A stretch of 64,000 bases of DNA from an uncultured Verrucomicrobiae bacterium (GTDB lineage: Bacteria; Verrucomicrobiota; Verrucomicrobiia; Chthoniobacterales; JAFAMB01): NCBI GenBank assembly GCA_963813025.1, contig CAWEXO010000014.1, forward strand, positions 96,001-160,000, given 5' to 3'. The notes under the pieces are model-generated. The model was not told the DNA's origin. It did not search any database and worked only from the letters and a program-made list of their open reading frames with translations. This document shows positions 9,132-19,089 of this stretch, piece after piece; position 1 is the first letter of the stretch, and every line of letters begins with the position of its first letter. The position numbers and the translations under genes are program-made.

Positions 9132-10516
9132 TCATATTCTATCTTTGATCTTCGACGGAAAGGGCGCCTGCTCCGGCGCCGGGACGTGATGGTGCTTCGG
9201 GTTTACCGGCGAGATAAGCAGATTGCAGATCAATCCAAGCAGAAGGAGACCCGCCATGATATACATGGTCGAATTATAAGCCTGTTGCTTTGGTACCCCG
9301 ATTCTTTTCAGGTGGTCAGAAATGTAGTTCACCAGGACCGGTCCAATGATGGCCGCAATCGACCAGGCAGTGATCAGGCGGCCATGGATCGCTCCCACCT
9401 GCAGCCCGCCGAAAATATCCTTGAGGTAGGCCGGGACAGTCGCAAATCCGCCTCCGTACATGGAAATGATCAGAAGGCAAATGAACAAAAACAGGGGGAG
9501 GTTCTTTGCCGCCTGCGTCCACGGAATCGAGGAGTAAAGGATCGCGCCAAGAACAAAGAAGAGCACGTAAGTATTCTTTCTTCCGAGGACATCGGATAAA
9601 GACGACCAACCGAATCGGCCGAGCATATTGGCGACACTGAGCAAGCCGGCAAATCCCGCTCCGACCGCGGCGCTGACACCAAACATATCCTGACAGAGCA
9701 GCGAAGCTTGCCCGAGGATTCCGATACCGGCGGAGACATTCAGACAGAGCACCGCCCAGAGCAGCCAGAACTGAGGTGTACGCCATGCGATATCGACTCT
9801 CACGTTTGCGTTGGTCACGAGGCGCCTGGCCGGTTGAGCCGTTCCAGCCGGCTGAGGCGCCCTCCAGTCCGGCGCCGGAACCCGCACGATGTACATGCCG
9901 AACATCATAAAGAGAAAGTAAATGACTCCCATAACGGCAAAGGTTTCGGCAACTCCGACGGAGGTCGATGAACGAAAATGGCTCATCAACTCTTGAGCGA
10001 GCGGAGCGCCGATCATCGCCCCACCGCCAAAGCCCATGATCGCGAGTCCGGTGGCCATGCCGGGACGATCGGGAAACCATTTCACCAAGGTCGAGACCGG
10101 AGAGATGTATCCCAGGCCAAGGCCGATCCCGCCGATTATCCCATAGCCAAGGTAGATGAGCCAGATGCTATGGAGCAGGACGCCGGCCGACGGGACCAGA
10201 AATCCACCACCAAAACAGCAGGCAGCAACAAACATCGTCAGCCGAGGACCCACTCGTTCGACCCATTTACCGAAAATTGCCGCGGAAGCGCCGAGCACGA
10301 AAAGCGAGATTGTAAAATCCAGCCGATCGTGGGTATGGACCAGTCGCTGGCCGTTGAGTGCGTGATCCCAAGTACACGGGACAAAGGCACGTTGAAAACG
10401 CTGAACCCATAGACTTGCCCAATACACATGTGTACGGCAAGTGCGGCGGGAGGGACCATCCAACGGGAAAAACCTGGACGCGCGACCGTTGACTCGCGCG
10501 AAAAAAAAGTGCGCAT
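9132..10516 (-). CDS. OFA-family MFS transporter (oxalate/formate antiporter-like); frameshift near 10315
   Basis: N-terminus (AALAVHMCIGQVYGFSVF) is in ORF 10238-10516. The rest (GLGLGYISPVSTLVKWFPDRPGMATG, MYGGGFATVPAY) is in ORF 9132-10640. One T missing from a T run joins them. Confidence 0.88.
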
Positions 10517-10557
10517 AAGGGGGTCTGGGATTTATGATCCAATCAAATCCACACATC

Positions 10558-10759
10558 AAGCGGAAAGCGGCGGGAGCGAGAAGAGTAGCGGCTGGAGCGG
10601 ACTCAGCGGAGGAAGGTAACTGTGCAGCTGAGAAGCTCACGAGCGTTCAGGATTACGTTGCCATTCGCCAATGGACTGAGTTTCTGTCAGTTCCTACCGC
10701 TCTAGCACTACTTCCCACCGCTGAATCCGCTCCCGCCGCTCCCACCGCTTCCCGCTCCG
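10558..10759. repeat. Palindromic element with AGCGG 9-mer arms, copy 1
   Basis: Inverted arms agcggctggagcggactcagcggaggaaggta / tacttcccaccgctgaatccgctcccgccgct; shares internal tgtgcagctga with 14457-14629. Confidence 0.7.
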
Positions 10760-11034
10760 TCCTCATCCTCGGGTCGTAGCGAGTCCGATCGAACCAGCTT
10801 CCCGTTTTCGGCAATCTGGAGCTCGAGGTCCGGTACGCCCTTCAAATCGAGATCCACCCGATAAATTTTTGTGTTGCCCCAGTCGTAGACTTCGGCGGAT
10901 CTAATGGTGCCGGCCGCGAGTTCGCGTTTGATCGTGTCGAGCACTGGTGCGGGGAGCTGGTCTGCGGGAATATCATCGGCCAACGCTCGAAAAGAAAGGC
11001 CGAAGGCGAGAAGGGTAAGAGCGAAGATTCGCAT
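10708..11034 (-). CDS. Secreted PepSY/BLIP-like small protein
   Basis: Signal peptide MRIFALTLLAFGLSFRALA, then DQLPAPVLDTIK...YRVD...IAENGKLV. Confidence 0.65.
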   Translation of the reverse strand: MRIFALTLLAFGLSFRALADDIPADQLPAPVLDTIKRELAAGTIRSAEVYDWGNTKIYRVDLDLKGVPDLELQIAENGKLVRSDSLRPEDEDGAGSGGSGGSGFSGGK

Positions 11035-11107
11035 TGAACGTAGGAGTGTCTCCGGACGCAAATTCACGTTTTGTGGTACCGAGGTCAACTCACCGTTTGA
11101 ACAGGGA

Positions 11108-11177
11108 ATCTATAGGTCCTATAGGTCGTATACATCCTATAGGTCTTGTTCCTTTGTATCCTTTGTATCCTATAGGT
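11108..11177. repeat. Degenerate 9-bp tandem repeat (TCCTATAGG-like) upstream of dps
   Basis: tctataggtcctataggtcgtatacatcctataggtcttgttcctttgtatcctttgtatcctatagg. Confidence 0.7.
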
Positions 11178-11214
11178 AGGTCTTCCGGCACCTGCATCTC
11201 ATCAACCCAAAAAT

Positions 11215-11781
11215 ATGGCTAACATCAAGGCAAAGGCAGCTCGCCGAACCGCCCCCGAAGCAAAACTCCAGGCGGCAGGCGTGGCTCACGTTCATGAACG
11301 GCTCGGAACGCGGACGGATCTTTCCGAAAACGCGACCCGGGATATTGCAGCGGCAATCAACGGCTTGCTGGCCGACACTTTCGCCCTCTACCTCAAGACC
11401 AAGAACTTTCATTGGCACATGAGCGGTCCGCACTTTCGCGATTACCATCTTCTGCTGGACGAGCAGAGCGACCAGATCTTCGCGATGACTGATCCTCTGG
11501 CCGAGCGTGTTCGTAAGCTAGGTCGCAATACCCTTCATTCCGTCGGCGAAATCGCGCGAAACCAGCGCGTCCTCGACAACGATGCTGAGTATGTCGAGCC
11601 AGACGGCATGTTAGCGGAGCTACAGGAAGACAATCAGCAACTCGTCAAGCGCATGCGCGAGGCGCATGCCACCTGCGAAGATCACGGCGATGTCGCCACA
11701 GCGAGCCTGCTGGAGACATGGATCGATGAGGCGGAACGGCGCAACTGGTTTCTTTTCGAGGCGACCCGGCGGCACGCTTAG
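11215..11781 (+). CDS. dps: DNA starvation/stationary phase protection protein Dps
   Basis: LYLKTKNFHWHMSGPHFRDYHLLLDEQ, DPLAERVRKLG. Confidence 0.95.
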   Translation: MANIKAKAARRTAPEAKLQAAGVAHVHERLGTRTDLSENATRDIAAAINGLLADTFALYLKTKNFHWHMSGPHFRDYHLLLDEQSDQIFAMTDPLAERVRKLGRNTLHSVGEIARNQRVLDNDAEYVEPDGMLAELQEDNQQLVKRMREAHATCEDHGDVATASLLETWIDEAERRNWFLFEATRRHA

Positions 11782-11831
11782 CGATTGATTGCACCAGGAG
11801 CGCCCTGGAGTGCGTGCGACCGGGCAAGGAC

Positions 11832-11935
11832 CTAGAATCCAGGATCTCGGATTTAGAATGCGGCAAACGGAGAATTTGGTTCTTTCCTCCGAGATCTCGG
11901 CTTCTAAATTCTAAATCCTAGCTCCTAGATTCTAG
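11832..11935. repeat. Palindromic element with TAGAATY heptamer arms between convergent dps and fdhD
   Basis: ctagaatccaggatctcggatttagaa ... ttctaaattctaaatcctagctcctagattctag. Confidence 0.6.
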
Positions 11936-12768
11936 ACCCTCGTGTCCTTGCCAAAGACAATTCTCTCCCGCCCTGAGTAGATATTAAATCGGCGATCGCG
12001 CAGGAACCCGACCAGCGTCGAATGGTATCGCCAAGCTAGCTCTACCGCAATGCTTGAGGGTGCGCCGACTGCCGCGAAGAACGGCACGCCCGCCATCAGC
12101 GCCTTCTGCACTAGCTCAAAGCCCGCCCGTCCACTGACTCCCAGCACGAGCCTTCCGAAAGTAGCTATGTTTCCGTCGAGGAGGACGCTCCCGATAAGCT
12201 TGTCGACCGCGTTATGCCGTCCAATATCCTCGTGTATGCGGAGCAGGTTTCCCTCCCGGTTGAAAAAAGCGGCCGCGTGCAGGCTGCCCGTGCGGCGGAA
12301 AACGTCCTGATGTGCTGCCAAGCTCAGCAGCGTTGCCGCATCCATTTTTGGCGCATCGGACGGAAGGTTGATAATCCGATTGATCGCGAGTGAATCCAGC
12401 GAGGCTTTGCCGCAAACGCCACAACTTGAACTTGTATAGAAGTGACGTTCAAGTCGATGCAGATCGATTGGTTGTTTCAATCGGAGAATGATTGAGTTGC
12501 CGCGCTGGCGTTCCTCTGTAATCGACTCAATCCAGGATGGATCGTGAATCAGTCCCTCCGTGAAAAGAAAGCCGGCCGCGAGTTCCCGGTCGTGCCCGGG
12601 AGTGCGCATGGTGATTGACACAGCCCGCTCAACCAAAGCCGCCCCGCGGCGGAAGGCAACCCGGATCTCCAATGGTTCCTCGATTGTGATTGCATCAAAA
12701 GCGGGAACGGCTGGACGGCCCTCCTGGTAACGGTAAACCGGAAGCTTTTTGACAACGGACGACGCCAT
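11932..12768 (-). CDS. fdhD: Formate dehydrogenase accessory sulfurtransferase FdhD
   Basis: EEPLEI, TMRTPGHD.ELAAGFLFTEG, SSSCGVCGK, EDIGRHNAVDK. Confidence 0.95.
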   Translation of the reverse strand: MASSVVKKLPVYRYQEGRPAVPAFDAITIEEPLEIRVAFRRGAALVERAVSITMRTPGHDRELAAGFLFTEGLIHDPSWIESITEERQRGNSIILRLKQPIDLHRLERHFYTSSSCGVCGKASLDSLAINRIINLPSDAPKMDAATLLSLAAHQDVFRRTGSLHAAAFFNREGNLLRIHEDIGRHNAVDKLIGSVLLDGNIATFGRLVLGVSGRAGFELVQKALMAGVPFFAAVGAPSSIAVELAWRYHSTLVGFLRDRRFNIYSGRERIVFGKDTRV

Positions 12769-12903
12769 GGACTCGAGTGTTCTTCTCGCACGGAACTTAA
12801 AAATCTGCAGCAGGTTTGTCGGGAACTGTTTGTCATCGGTCATCGGCCTTTGGTCATCGCAAGATCAGTTTGGCCGCCGGCGATTTATGGCTAAGTTTCG
12901 GCC

Positions 12904-13437
12904 GTGGTCTTTGAGCGCGCCGCTATCAAATATCTTTACGTCTCGCCCGGGCACAATTTTTTTGGCCATTACGGGCGAGCTCCTTCGGATTATCCGATTC
13001 AGGAGGTAACCAGGATTCGTTGTCTCGCGGGACGCGGAATCGCAGGCGACCGGTTCCTCGATTACAAAGATGGTTACAAAGGCCAGATTACATTTTTTGA
13101 AGAGGAGGTTTACTTGGAACTGTGCAACCTCCTCAGCATCTATGATCGCTCGCCGGCAGTGCTCCGGCGAAATGTGCTGACGACCGGTGTGCGTCTTAAC
13201 GCTCTGATTGGCCAGACCTTTCAAATTCAAGGCGTTACGTTTTCTGGCGTCGAAGAATGCCGGCCCTGCTTCTGGATGGATCATGCTTTTGGGCCCGGAG
13301 CGGAGGCTCATCTCAAGGGACGGGGCGGGTTACGCGCCCGCATTCTGACCGATGGCTACCTGAAGACGAGCGCTCCTGATGACCAGCAAACCGCGGCTGT
13401 CGCGCAACCTGCAGGGGAGAGTCTTTTCGGTGGCTGA
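12904..13437 (+). CDS. MOSC domain protein
   Basis: GIAGDRF, LRRNVLTTG, ECRPCFWMD, GRGGLRARILTDG. Confidence 0.85.
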   Translation: MVFERAAIKYLYVSPGHNFFGHYGRAPSDYPIQEVTRIRCLAGRGIAGDRFLDYKDGYKGQITFFEEEVYLELCNLLSIYDRSPAVLRRNVLTTGVRLNALIGQTFQIQGVTFSGVEECRPCFWMDHAFGPGAEAHLKGRGGLRARILTDGYLKTSAPDDQQTAAVAQPAGESLFGG

Positions 13438-14089
13438 CAAACCTCCAACTTTGACGGTCAACGAGATCTATCGCTCAATCCAAGGCGAAAGCACCTGGGT
13501 GGGGCTTCCTTGCGTTTTTGTGCGCCTGACCTTTTGCAATCTGCGCTGTACTTATTGCGATACCGCTTACGCTTTTTATGAAGGGCGAAAAATGGCTTTG
13601 CCCGAGATTGTTGCGGCCGTCCTGGCCTTGAGCTGTCCCTTGGTCGAGATTACCGGCGGAGAACCCTTGCTTCAAAAAAATGTGTTACCGCTCATGGTGC
13701 AGCTTTGCGATCTCGGTCTGACTGTTTTGCTGGAGACAAGCGGCGCGCACGACATATCCAAAGTGGATCCGCGAGTGCACCGCATCATGGATCTCAAAAC
13801 GCCGGGCAGTGGTGAGGTTCGGCGAAATCGGTTCGCGAACATCGAGCATTTGACCGGTGGCGACGAAGTGAAATTCGTCATCGGATCGCGCGACGACTAC
13901 CTCTGGGCGAGAGAACAGATTGAAACGCATCGCTTGGCCAAACGATGTGGGACCGTTTTGCTTTCTCCGATCTTCGGGCGAATCGAGCCCAGGCAAATCG
14001 TCGAGTGGATGTTAGAAGATCGGCTGCTGGCGCGATTTCAGCTGCAGTTGCACAAATTTATCTGGGCTCCGGAGACCAAGGGCGTATGA
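13430..14089 (+). CDS. queE: 7-carboxy-7-deazaguanine synthase (radical SAM)
   Basis: EIYRSIQGES, CNLRCTYCDT, ITGGEPLLQ, QLQLHKFIW. GTG start inferred at 13430. Confidence 0.9.
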   Translation: MADKPPTLTVNEIYRSIQGESTWVGLPCVFVRLTFCNLRCTYCDTAYAFYEGRKMALPEIVAAVLALSCPLVEITGGEPLLQKNVLPLMVQLCDLGLTVLLETSGAHDISKVDPRVHRIMDLKTPGSGEVRRNRFANIEHLTGGDEVKFVIGSRDDYLWAREQIETHRLAKRCGTVLLSPIFGRIEPRQIVEWMLEDRLLARFQLQLHKFIWAPETKGV

Positions 14090-14451
14090 GAGCACGCTTA
14101 ACTAGGGTTTTCTTTTTTGAAGCGGCTCAGACCTTGCCCAAAGTGCCCAAATCACACAAATGCCGCCGGATGCATGGTCACAGCTTTAAAATCGAGGTAT
14201 CCGTTGAGGGTGAAGTGGATCCCGAGACTGGCTGGATTTATGACCACGCGCGGCTCGGGGAGATGATGAACCCGCTGCTGGAGCAGCTCGATCACTCCTA
14301 CCTCAATGACATCGTCGGTCTGGAAAATCCGACGATCGAATTAATGGCGGCCTGGTTCTGGAAGAAACTCACTCCGGGATGTCCTGGACTTTGCGAGATC
14401 GTAGTTCACGAGACCCCGACGGCGCGGTGCTCATACCAAGGTAGCGAATAG
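14086..14451 (+). CDS. queD: 6-carboxy-5,6,7,8-tetrahydropterin synthase
   Basis: HKCRRMHGHSF, LDHSYLNDI.GLENPT.E, VHETP. ATGA overlap with queE. Confidence 0.92.
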   Translation: MRARLTRVFFFEAAQTLPKVPKSHKCRRMHGHSFKIEVSVEGEVDPETGWIYDHARLGEMMNPLLEQLDHSYLNDIVGLENPTIELMAAWFWKKLTPGCPGLCEIVVHETPTARCSYQGSE

Positions 14452-14456
14452 AGTAA

Positions 14457-14629
14457 CAGGTAGCGGTCAATGGAGCGGAGGGAGCGGCGGAAGCGGCTTC
14501 AGCGGAGGGAGGTAGCGCGAGAGCGGAATAGTTGTGCAGCTGAAACCACAACCTCCGTTATGCTGCCTACCTACTTTCAACCGCTGAAGCCGCTTCCGCC
14601 GCTCCCTCCGCTCCATTGACCGCTACCTG
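14457..14629. repeat. Palindromic element with perfect 49-bp arms, AGCGG 9-mer family, copy 2
   Basis: 14457-14505 is the exact reverse complement of 14581-14629. Confidence 0.9.
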
Positions 14630-14686
14630 CTAGTTGGCACCGCTGTATTGACCTCTCGCCTATTCATCGAGTAAGAAAGCCTCCCA

Positions 14687-15631
14687 ATGAAAGATCGGAT
14701 GGTGCTCGCCATCGTCTTATTGCTTTTTGCCGCGCAAAACCTGCTCGCCGATTCTTTCACTTTTAACCTCATTTCCAGCGGGCGCCTGGCGTTTCCCGCC
14801 TGGATGCCCGAACGTCCCTTGGCGCTTCCGAGTGAACATGCCCAACTCTCCTTCCCGATTGTGCCGATCCCGGCGGACGACGACCTGGCTTTGACGGTCG
14901 TTTTCAACGACCTTGTGGCCGGTTATCTGAGCGTTCTTTGGGAAGATGCGGAAGGCCATCGCCAGATGCTGGCGGCCAATCTCTTCGAGAACATTGGACT
15001 ACCCGATCAACGCACCTTGCTGATCAGCCGGCCGACAATGGGAGGCCCGGGCCGGCTCATTCTGCAATCGAGCGAGCCGATTTTGAACGTTATCAGGGTT
15101 CGACTGGACTGGGTTCGGCCAGGGGTGATCCGGCTGACTGATAACCAGCCCAACGGCGCTCTAGTCACGAGCGGCGGTAAAATATTTGCTCCGGAAGAAG
15201 TTGATGGCGCCCCGCTGACCCCGATCGCCGACACCTGGGAAGGCATTATTTTGACGAGCTCAGTAACTGAGCGGGCTGAGCGTCTCGATCGCGGGATCGA
15301 TTTTCAGGTAAACGTTCCCCGCAAAGTCAATCGCATGCGCGTGGACGTTATGGTTAATGGATTACCGTTGGATCAAGCGTTTAATCTTTGGCTCAACGGG
15401 ATGCGGGTCGGGTCTTTGGCAATGGAAGTGCCCGACCTTACCGATCCGGGCTACGATCATAATGCCAATGTGAGCAGCGACGAGAACTTTACCGGCTGGC
15501 GGCGTGGTGTGCTGTATCTGACGGGCGACCGATTGCCTGTCGGCGATAATCATTTTGAGTTTGAGGGTCCCCCTGGTGTGCCGCTGGCAATCCGTGATTT
15601 CCTGATCCAGGTCGACTACGCACCGTACTGA
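14687..15631 (+). CDS. Secreted hypothetical protein, beta-rich
   Basis: 314-aa ORF with N-terminal signal peptide, upstream of the gsp cluster. Confidence 0.75.
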   Translation: MKDRMVLAIVLLLFAAQNLLADSFTFNLISSGRLAFPAWMPERPLALPSEHAQLSFPIVPIPADDDLALTVVFNDLVAGYLSVLWEDAEGHRQMLAANLFENIGLPDQRTLLISRPTMGGPGRLILQSSEPILNVIRVRLDWVRPGVIRLTDNQPNGALVTSGGKIFAPEEVDGAPLTPIADTWEGIILTSSVTERAERLDRGIDFQVNVPRKVNRMRVDVMVNGLPLDQAFNLWLNGMRVGSLAMEVPDLTDPGYDHNANVSSDENFTGWRRGVLYLTGDRLPVGDNHFEFEGPPGVPLAIRDFLIQVDYAPY

Positions 15632-15639
15632 AGCGGCCG

Positions 15640-15733
15640 GTCCTGCGTCCTGCGTATTGCGCCCTGCCGCCTTCACGCATTACGCCGACACGCACTACGC
15701 ATTACGCCAACACGCACTACGCATTACGCCAAC
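15640..15733. repeat. Heptamer-derived tandem repeat (TACGCAY type) with a short inverted arm
   Basis: cacgcactacgcattacgccaa present twice in tandem; preceded by tgcgtcctgcgtattgcg. Confidence 0.75.
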
Positions 15734-15766
15734 ATGTCCCGTGCCTCCTGCTCTCCCGGCCCCGCA

Positions 15767-15794
15767 TTGACTTGCCGCCGTGAACACTTAGCTT
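15767..15794 (+). promoter_or_regulatory. Putative sigma70 promoter of the gsp cluster
   Basis: TTGACT-N16-TAGCTT just upstream of gspG. Confidence 0.3.
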
Positions 15795-15800
15795 CTGCAT

Positions 15801-16268
15801 TTGTCTATGAGATGGACTCCCTTGCGCGCAATGCATTCGACTTCTTCTCTCCGCAAAGGCCGCTCAGTTTCTGGCTACACGCTGATGGAAATCATGCTGG
15901 TCGTCGCCATTATCGCGGTGATCGCGGGTGGGGTTATCATCAAGATGACCGGCGCGCTCGATGTGGCCAAGATCCAGCGAGCGGAACAGGATATTGCCAA
16001 TATCTATAGTGCCCTCAAGCTTTATGAAGCGCGGAATAATCAGATGCCCGATCAGAGCCAGGGACTCGATGCGCTGGTAAATCCGCCCACCACTGGCACG
16101 CCGCCCCCAAATTGGGTTCGGCTGATGGACAGTATGCCCGTCGACCCCTGGGGCACGCCTTACCAGTATCGCAATCCAGGAAAACGCGATCCGTCCGGAG
16201 TCGATGTTTTTTCATTTGGACCTGATCGCAAAGAGAGTGCCGACGACATCTATCGGCGCGTGCAGTAA
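15801..16268 (+). CDS. gspG: Type II secretion major pseudopilin
   Basis: Class III signal G|YTLMEIMLV, GLDALV, DPWGTPYQYRNPG, DVFSFGPD, DDI. Confidence 0.93.
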   Translation: MSMRWTPLRAMHSTSSLRKGRSVSGYTLMEIMLVVAIIAVIAGGVIIKMTGALDVAKIQRAEQDIANIYSALKLYEARNNQMPDQSQGLDALVNPPTTGTPPPNWVRLMDSMPVDPWGTPYQYRNPGKRDPSGVDVFSFGPDRKESADDIYRRVQ

Positions 16269-16273
16269 TTTTA

Positions 16274-16798
16274 ATGCTTTCTCGGCGATTGATTTTGTCT
16301 AAATCGTTCTCATCGGGTTTTCTGGTGGATGGGACGCTGCGTGGGTTCACGCTTCTCGAGGTGTGCTTCGCCTTGTTTATTGTAGCCGTGCTGTTTGTCG
16401 TCGCGGTGCCGCCGGCCGCGCACTTGTACGATGAAGAGCGGCTGCAGAAGCCGGTTCGCGAGCTGCAAGGCTTTGCCAAGACCGCGCGTCGAGAAGCGAT
16501 GACGAACCATCAGCCTTATCAAGTGCTCCTGCGCAGCGACCGATTGATTTTAACACCGGCGGAAAAAAAAGACGATCAAGAACAAAAGATTTACATGTTA
16601 CCGGGAGATGTGACGATGGAGGTGCGGCATCTCACCGATAAAGATTTCAAGCGGCCCGCTGAAGATCAATGGTCCTTCGCGGCGAACGGGCTTTGCGAGC
16701 CGTTGTCTTTCCTTTTCCAGAGGGGAAATGATTGGATTCGCTTTCAAGTCAGCCCGTTGACCGCGCGCATCGAAAACCGGCAGTCATTCATTCGATGA
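16274..16798 (+). CDS. Minor pseudopilin, GspH-like
   Basis: G|FTLLEV motif; position after gspG. Confidence 0.75.
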   Translation: MLSRRLILSKSFSSGFLVDGTLRGFTLLEVCFALFIVAVLFVVAVPPAAHLYDEERLQKPVRELQGFAKTARREAMTNHQPYQVLLRSDRLILTPAEKKDDQEQKIYMLPGDVTMEVRHLTDKDFKRPAEDQWSFAANGLCEPLSFLFQRGNDWIRFQVSPLTARIENRQSFIR

Positions 16799-17214
16799 GA
16801 GTGCCTCTTCAGGATTTTTTTTCTCTGAAACGCAGAAGCCGCAGGTCACCCGGTTTTGTCCTCTGGGAGATGATGCTGGCCCTCATGATTTTCTGCATTG
16901 TCGCGGTGAGTCTCACCCGGGCGCTGCACCAAACGATCGACACCGCGGTCATCCTCCGGGATGATTCAGAAGTGCGGCGGAACCTCCAAAACATCCTGGC
17001 GGAAAGCGAGACCATTAAACTGAACCCGGGTAAAGCCAATCTATCGATCGGCGATGGGCGAGTTCGCTACGAGCGTGAGATCAATCGCATTCAACCAAAG
17101 AACGACCGGAACCAGATCCTCGCCAACCTTTATCAAGTCATCGCCCGCGCTAACTGGACCTCGCAAAACCAGACGCGAACCAGTAAGGCGGAGATCGTGG
17201 TTTATCAGCCATGA
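16795..17214 (+). CDS. Minor pseudopilin, GspI-like
   Basis: G|FVLWEMMLAL; ATGA overlap. Confidence 0.7.
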   Translation: MRVPLQDFFSLKRRSRRSPGFVLWEMMLALMIFCIVAVSLTRALHQTIDTAVILRDDSEVRRNLQNILAESETIKLNPGKANLSIGDGRVRYEREINRIQPKNDRNQILANLYQVIARANWTSQNQTRTSKAEIVVYQP

Positions 17215-17909
17215 GGAGGAAGCGTGAAGCGTTGCGAGTCCCGGGTCCCGCGTCCCGAGTGGCGGAACCCGGGACTCGCGACGCGGAACCCGGGACTCGG
17301 GACTCTTCCTCCGGCTATCTCCTCTTTGAGGTGCTTTTGGCGATGGCCATCCTTACTATCGTCGTCGTCCTGGTGTTTCGGATAATTGAGAGCACGGTGC
17401 GCTCAACGCTGGACGTCAGTTATCTTCAGACGAAAGAGGAGCAGGCGGATGGTCTCTTCGAATTGCTTCGCCAAAACTTTGTTTCGCTTCCTCAACTGAC
17501 GGCGTTCCAAACGAGGGAACACTCCGGCGCCACTGAACTCATTTTCCGAAAGGCGCCTTTTAATTTTTCGTGGTCTAGCCAAGGTCCACAGTTCGGGACA
17601 ATTGTGCTCTCCGCCAGGCCTGGGGCGGATGGGCGCCTTTCGTTATGTGTCCTTCAGGAACCGGAGGACGCCTCGCAAAGCTACCTGGATGGCTCGTCGG
17701 ACGCCGAGCCAAATTGGTTCGTCATTCTTCCCGATCTTGAACAGTTAAGTTGGCGCTTTTATGACGGCGGCGCCGGCAAGTGGGAAACGAACTGGCCAAA
17801 TCCAGCGATCAAGCCAGAATTAGTCGAACTAACCTTTAAGTTAAGCGGAGATCCGCGCGTGCAGCGCGGAGTATTCCGTTGGCCAGTGGCCACATCCAGC
17901 GGGACCTAG
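17211..17909 (+). CDS. Minor pseudopilin, GspJ-like
   Basis: G|YLLFEVLLAM; C-terminal W.TNW...PELVELTF. Confidence 0.75.
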   Translation: MRRKREALRVPGPASRVAEPGTRDAEPGTRDSSSGYLLFEVLLAMAILTIVVVLVFRIIESTVRSTLDVSYLQTKEEQADGLFELLRQNFVSLPQLTAFQTREHSGATELIFRKAPFNFSWSSQGPQFGTIVLSARPGADGRLSLCVLQEPEDASQSYLDGSSDAEPNWFVILPDLEQLSWRFYDGGAGKWETNWPNPAIKPELVELTFKLSGDPRVQRGVFRWPVATSSGT

Positions 17910-17931
17910 TGCGCCGCCTCAAATACCGATA

Positions 17932-19089
17932 ATGTGGTTGCCTTCAAGTTTGGTCACAACAGAGTTGCAAACCCTTCAGTCAAGAAAGCAGCACAGCCCT
18001 CCGGCGCCGCCGGAGAGTTGTGCCGCCACCGCCTGCATCGCTCACCACCGTAGCGCGGACGGCCTCGTCCGTACTCCGGAGGTGACGCACGGGGCCGTTC
18101 GCCTTACTTTTTGTGAGCCATCCAGGCGTAACGGATCGGCTTTGCTGCTCGTCCTGTTCACCATACTTCTCATCTCCGGTTTGATTGTGAGCGCAGTGGA
18201 ATTTGTGAAGCATGATGTCGACGAATACTCTGTCTTGTCTCACCGGTTTCGCGCCGAACAGTTGGCGGAGAGCGGGATTGCTTTTGGATGTAACCCGCAG
18301 GTGACAAACGAAGATCGCGCGATTCTCAACCAGCGGATGCCCGACGGAGGCGAATTCAGAGTCTCGGTCGCCAGCGAATCAACCCGCCTCAATATCAACT
18401 ATATCCTCCAGAGCGGGCGCGAATACCTTCTTCAGGAGTTGTTTGATCGTTGGGGTGTCTCCTCGCGAGACGCTCAGCAGGCCATTGCCGAATTGCAAGA
18501 ATGGGTATCAACCCCGCCTGGCGGCCTGCAAAATCTCGCAGCTGCCCCGCACAACACTTCGGCTGGAGCAGCGGCAATGTCGGTGCCGGCGCAGACGCAG
18601 GCTAAGGCAAATCCAGCGAACAACGCAGCCCCACCAATGACCCGTCTGGTACGCCCATTTCAGGCGGTCGAAGAGATGAGCCTTGTCAAGGCCTTCGCTC
18701 CCGTGATGAGTGCCCAACCAAACTGGATTAATTTTTTCACCATCTGGGGCGACGGCAAAATCGATGTCAACTTAGCCGATGCGCAGACAATCTCCCTGGT
18801 CACCGGGGTAGCCCCGGCCCAAGCCGAAGAGTTCGTCAAGTATCGGTGGGGACCCGACGGCATTCCTTTTACTCAGGACGATCGGGAGTACCAGTCCATG
18901 GAGCAGGTCAGAATGGCACTGGGCATGGCGCCCCAACAGTTCCAACTCGTCGACGATCTGTTGTCTCTGCAGAGCGCAATTGACCGCATCGAAAGCACAG
19001 GCATAATCGCGGGCTACACTCGAACCATCACTGTGATCACCAACCGCAACTCGGTGCCGATCCGCTATCTGTTATGGCAGGAAAGCTAG
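17932..19089 (+). CDS. gspK: Type II secretion protein GspK-like (true start probably downstream)
   Basis: G|SALLLVLF, QLAESGI, ESTRLNIN, GKIDVNLA. Confidence 0.8.
   Translation: MWLPSSLVTTELQTLQSRKQHSPPAPPESCAATACIAHHRSADGLVRTPEVTHGAVRLTFCEPSRRNGSALLLVLFTILLISGLIVSAVEFVKHDVDEYSVLSHRFRAEQLAESGIAFGCNPQVTNEDRAILNQRMPDGGEFRVSVASESTRLNINYILQSGREYLLQELFDRWGVSSRDAQQAIAELQEWVSTPPGGLQNLAAAPHNTSAGAAAMSVPAQTQAKANPANNAAPPMTRLVRPFQAVEEMSLVKAFAPVMSAQPNWINFFTIWGDGKIDVNLADAQTISLVTGVAPAQAEEFVKYRWGPDGIPFTQDDREYQSMEQVRMALGMAPQQFQLVDDLLSLQSAIDRIESTGIIAGYTRTITVITNRNSVPIRYLLWQES

Noticed and set aside
9132..10640. 502-aa MFS with an unusual N-terminus
   Set aside because: The real N-terminus is in the overlapping frame 10238-10516.
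13430..14451. queE/queD as a Dpd DNA-modification defence island
   Set aside because: No dpdA/tgt paralogue or other dpd genes nearby; consistent with ordinary queuosine synthesis.
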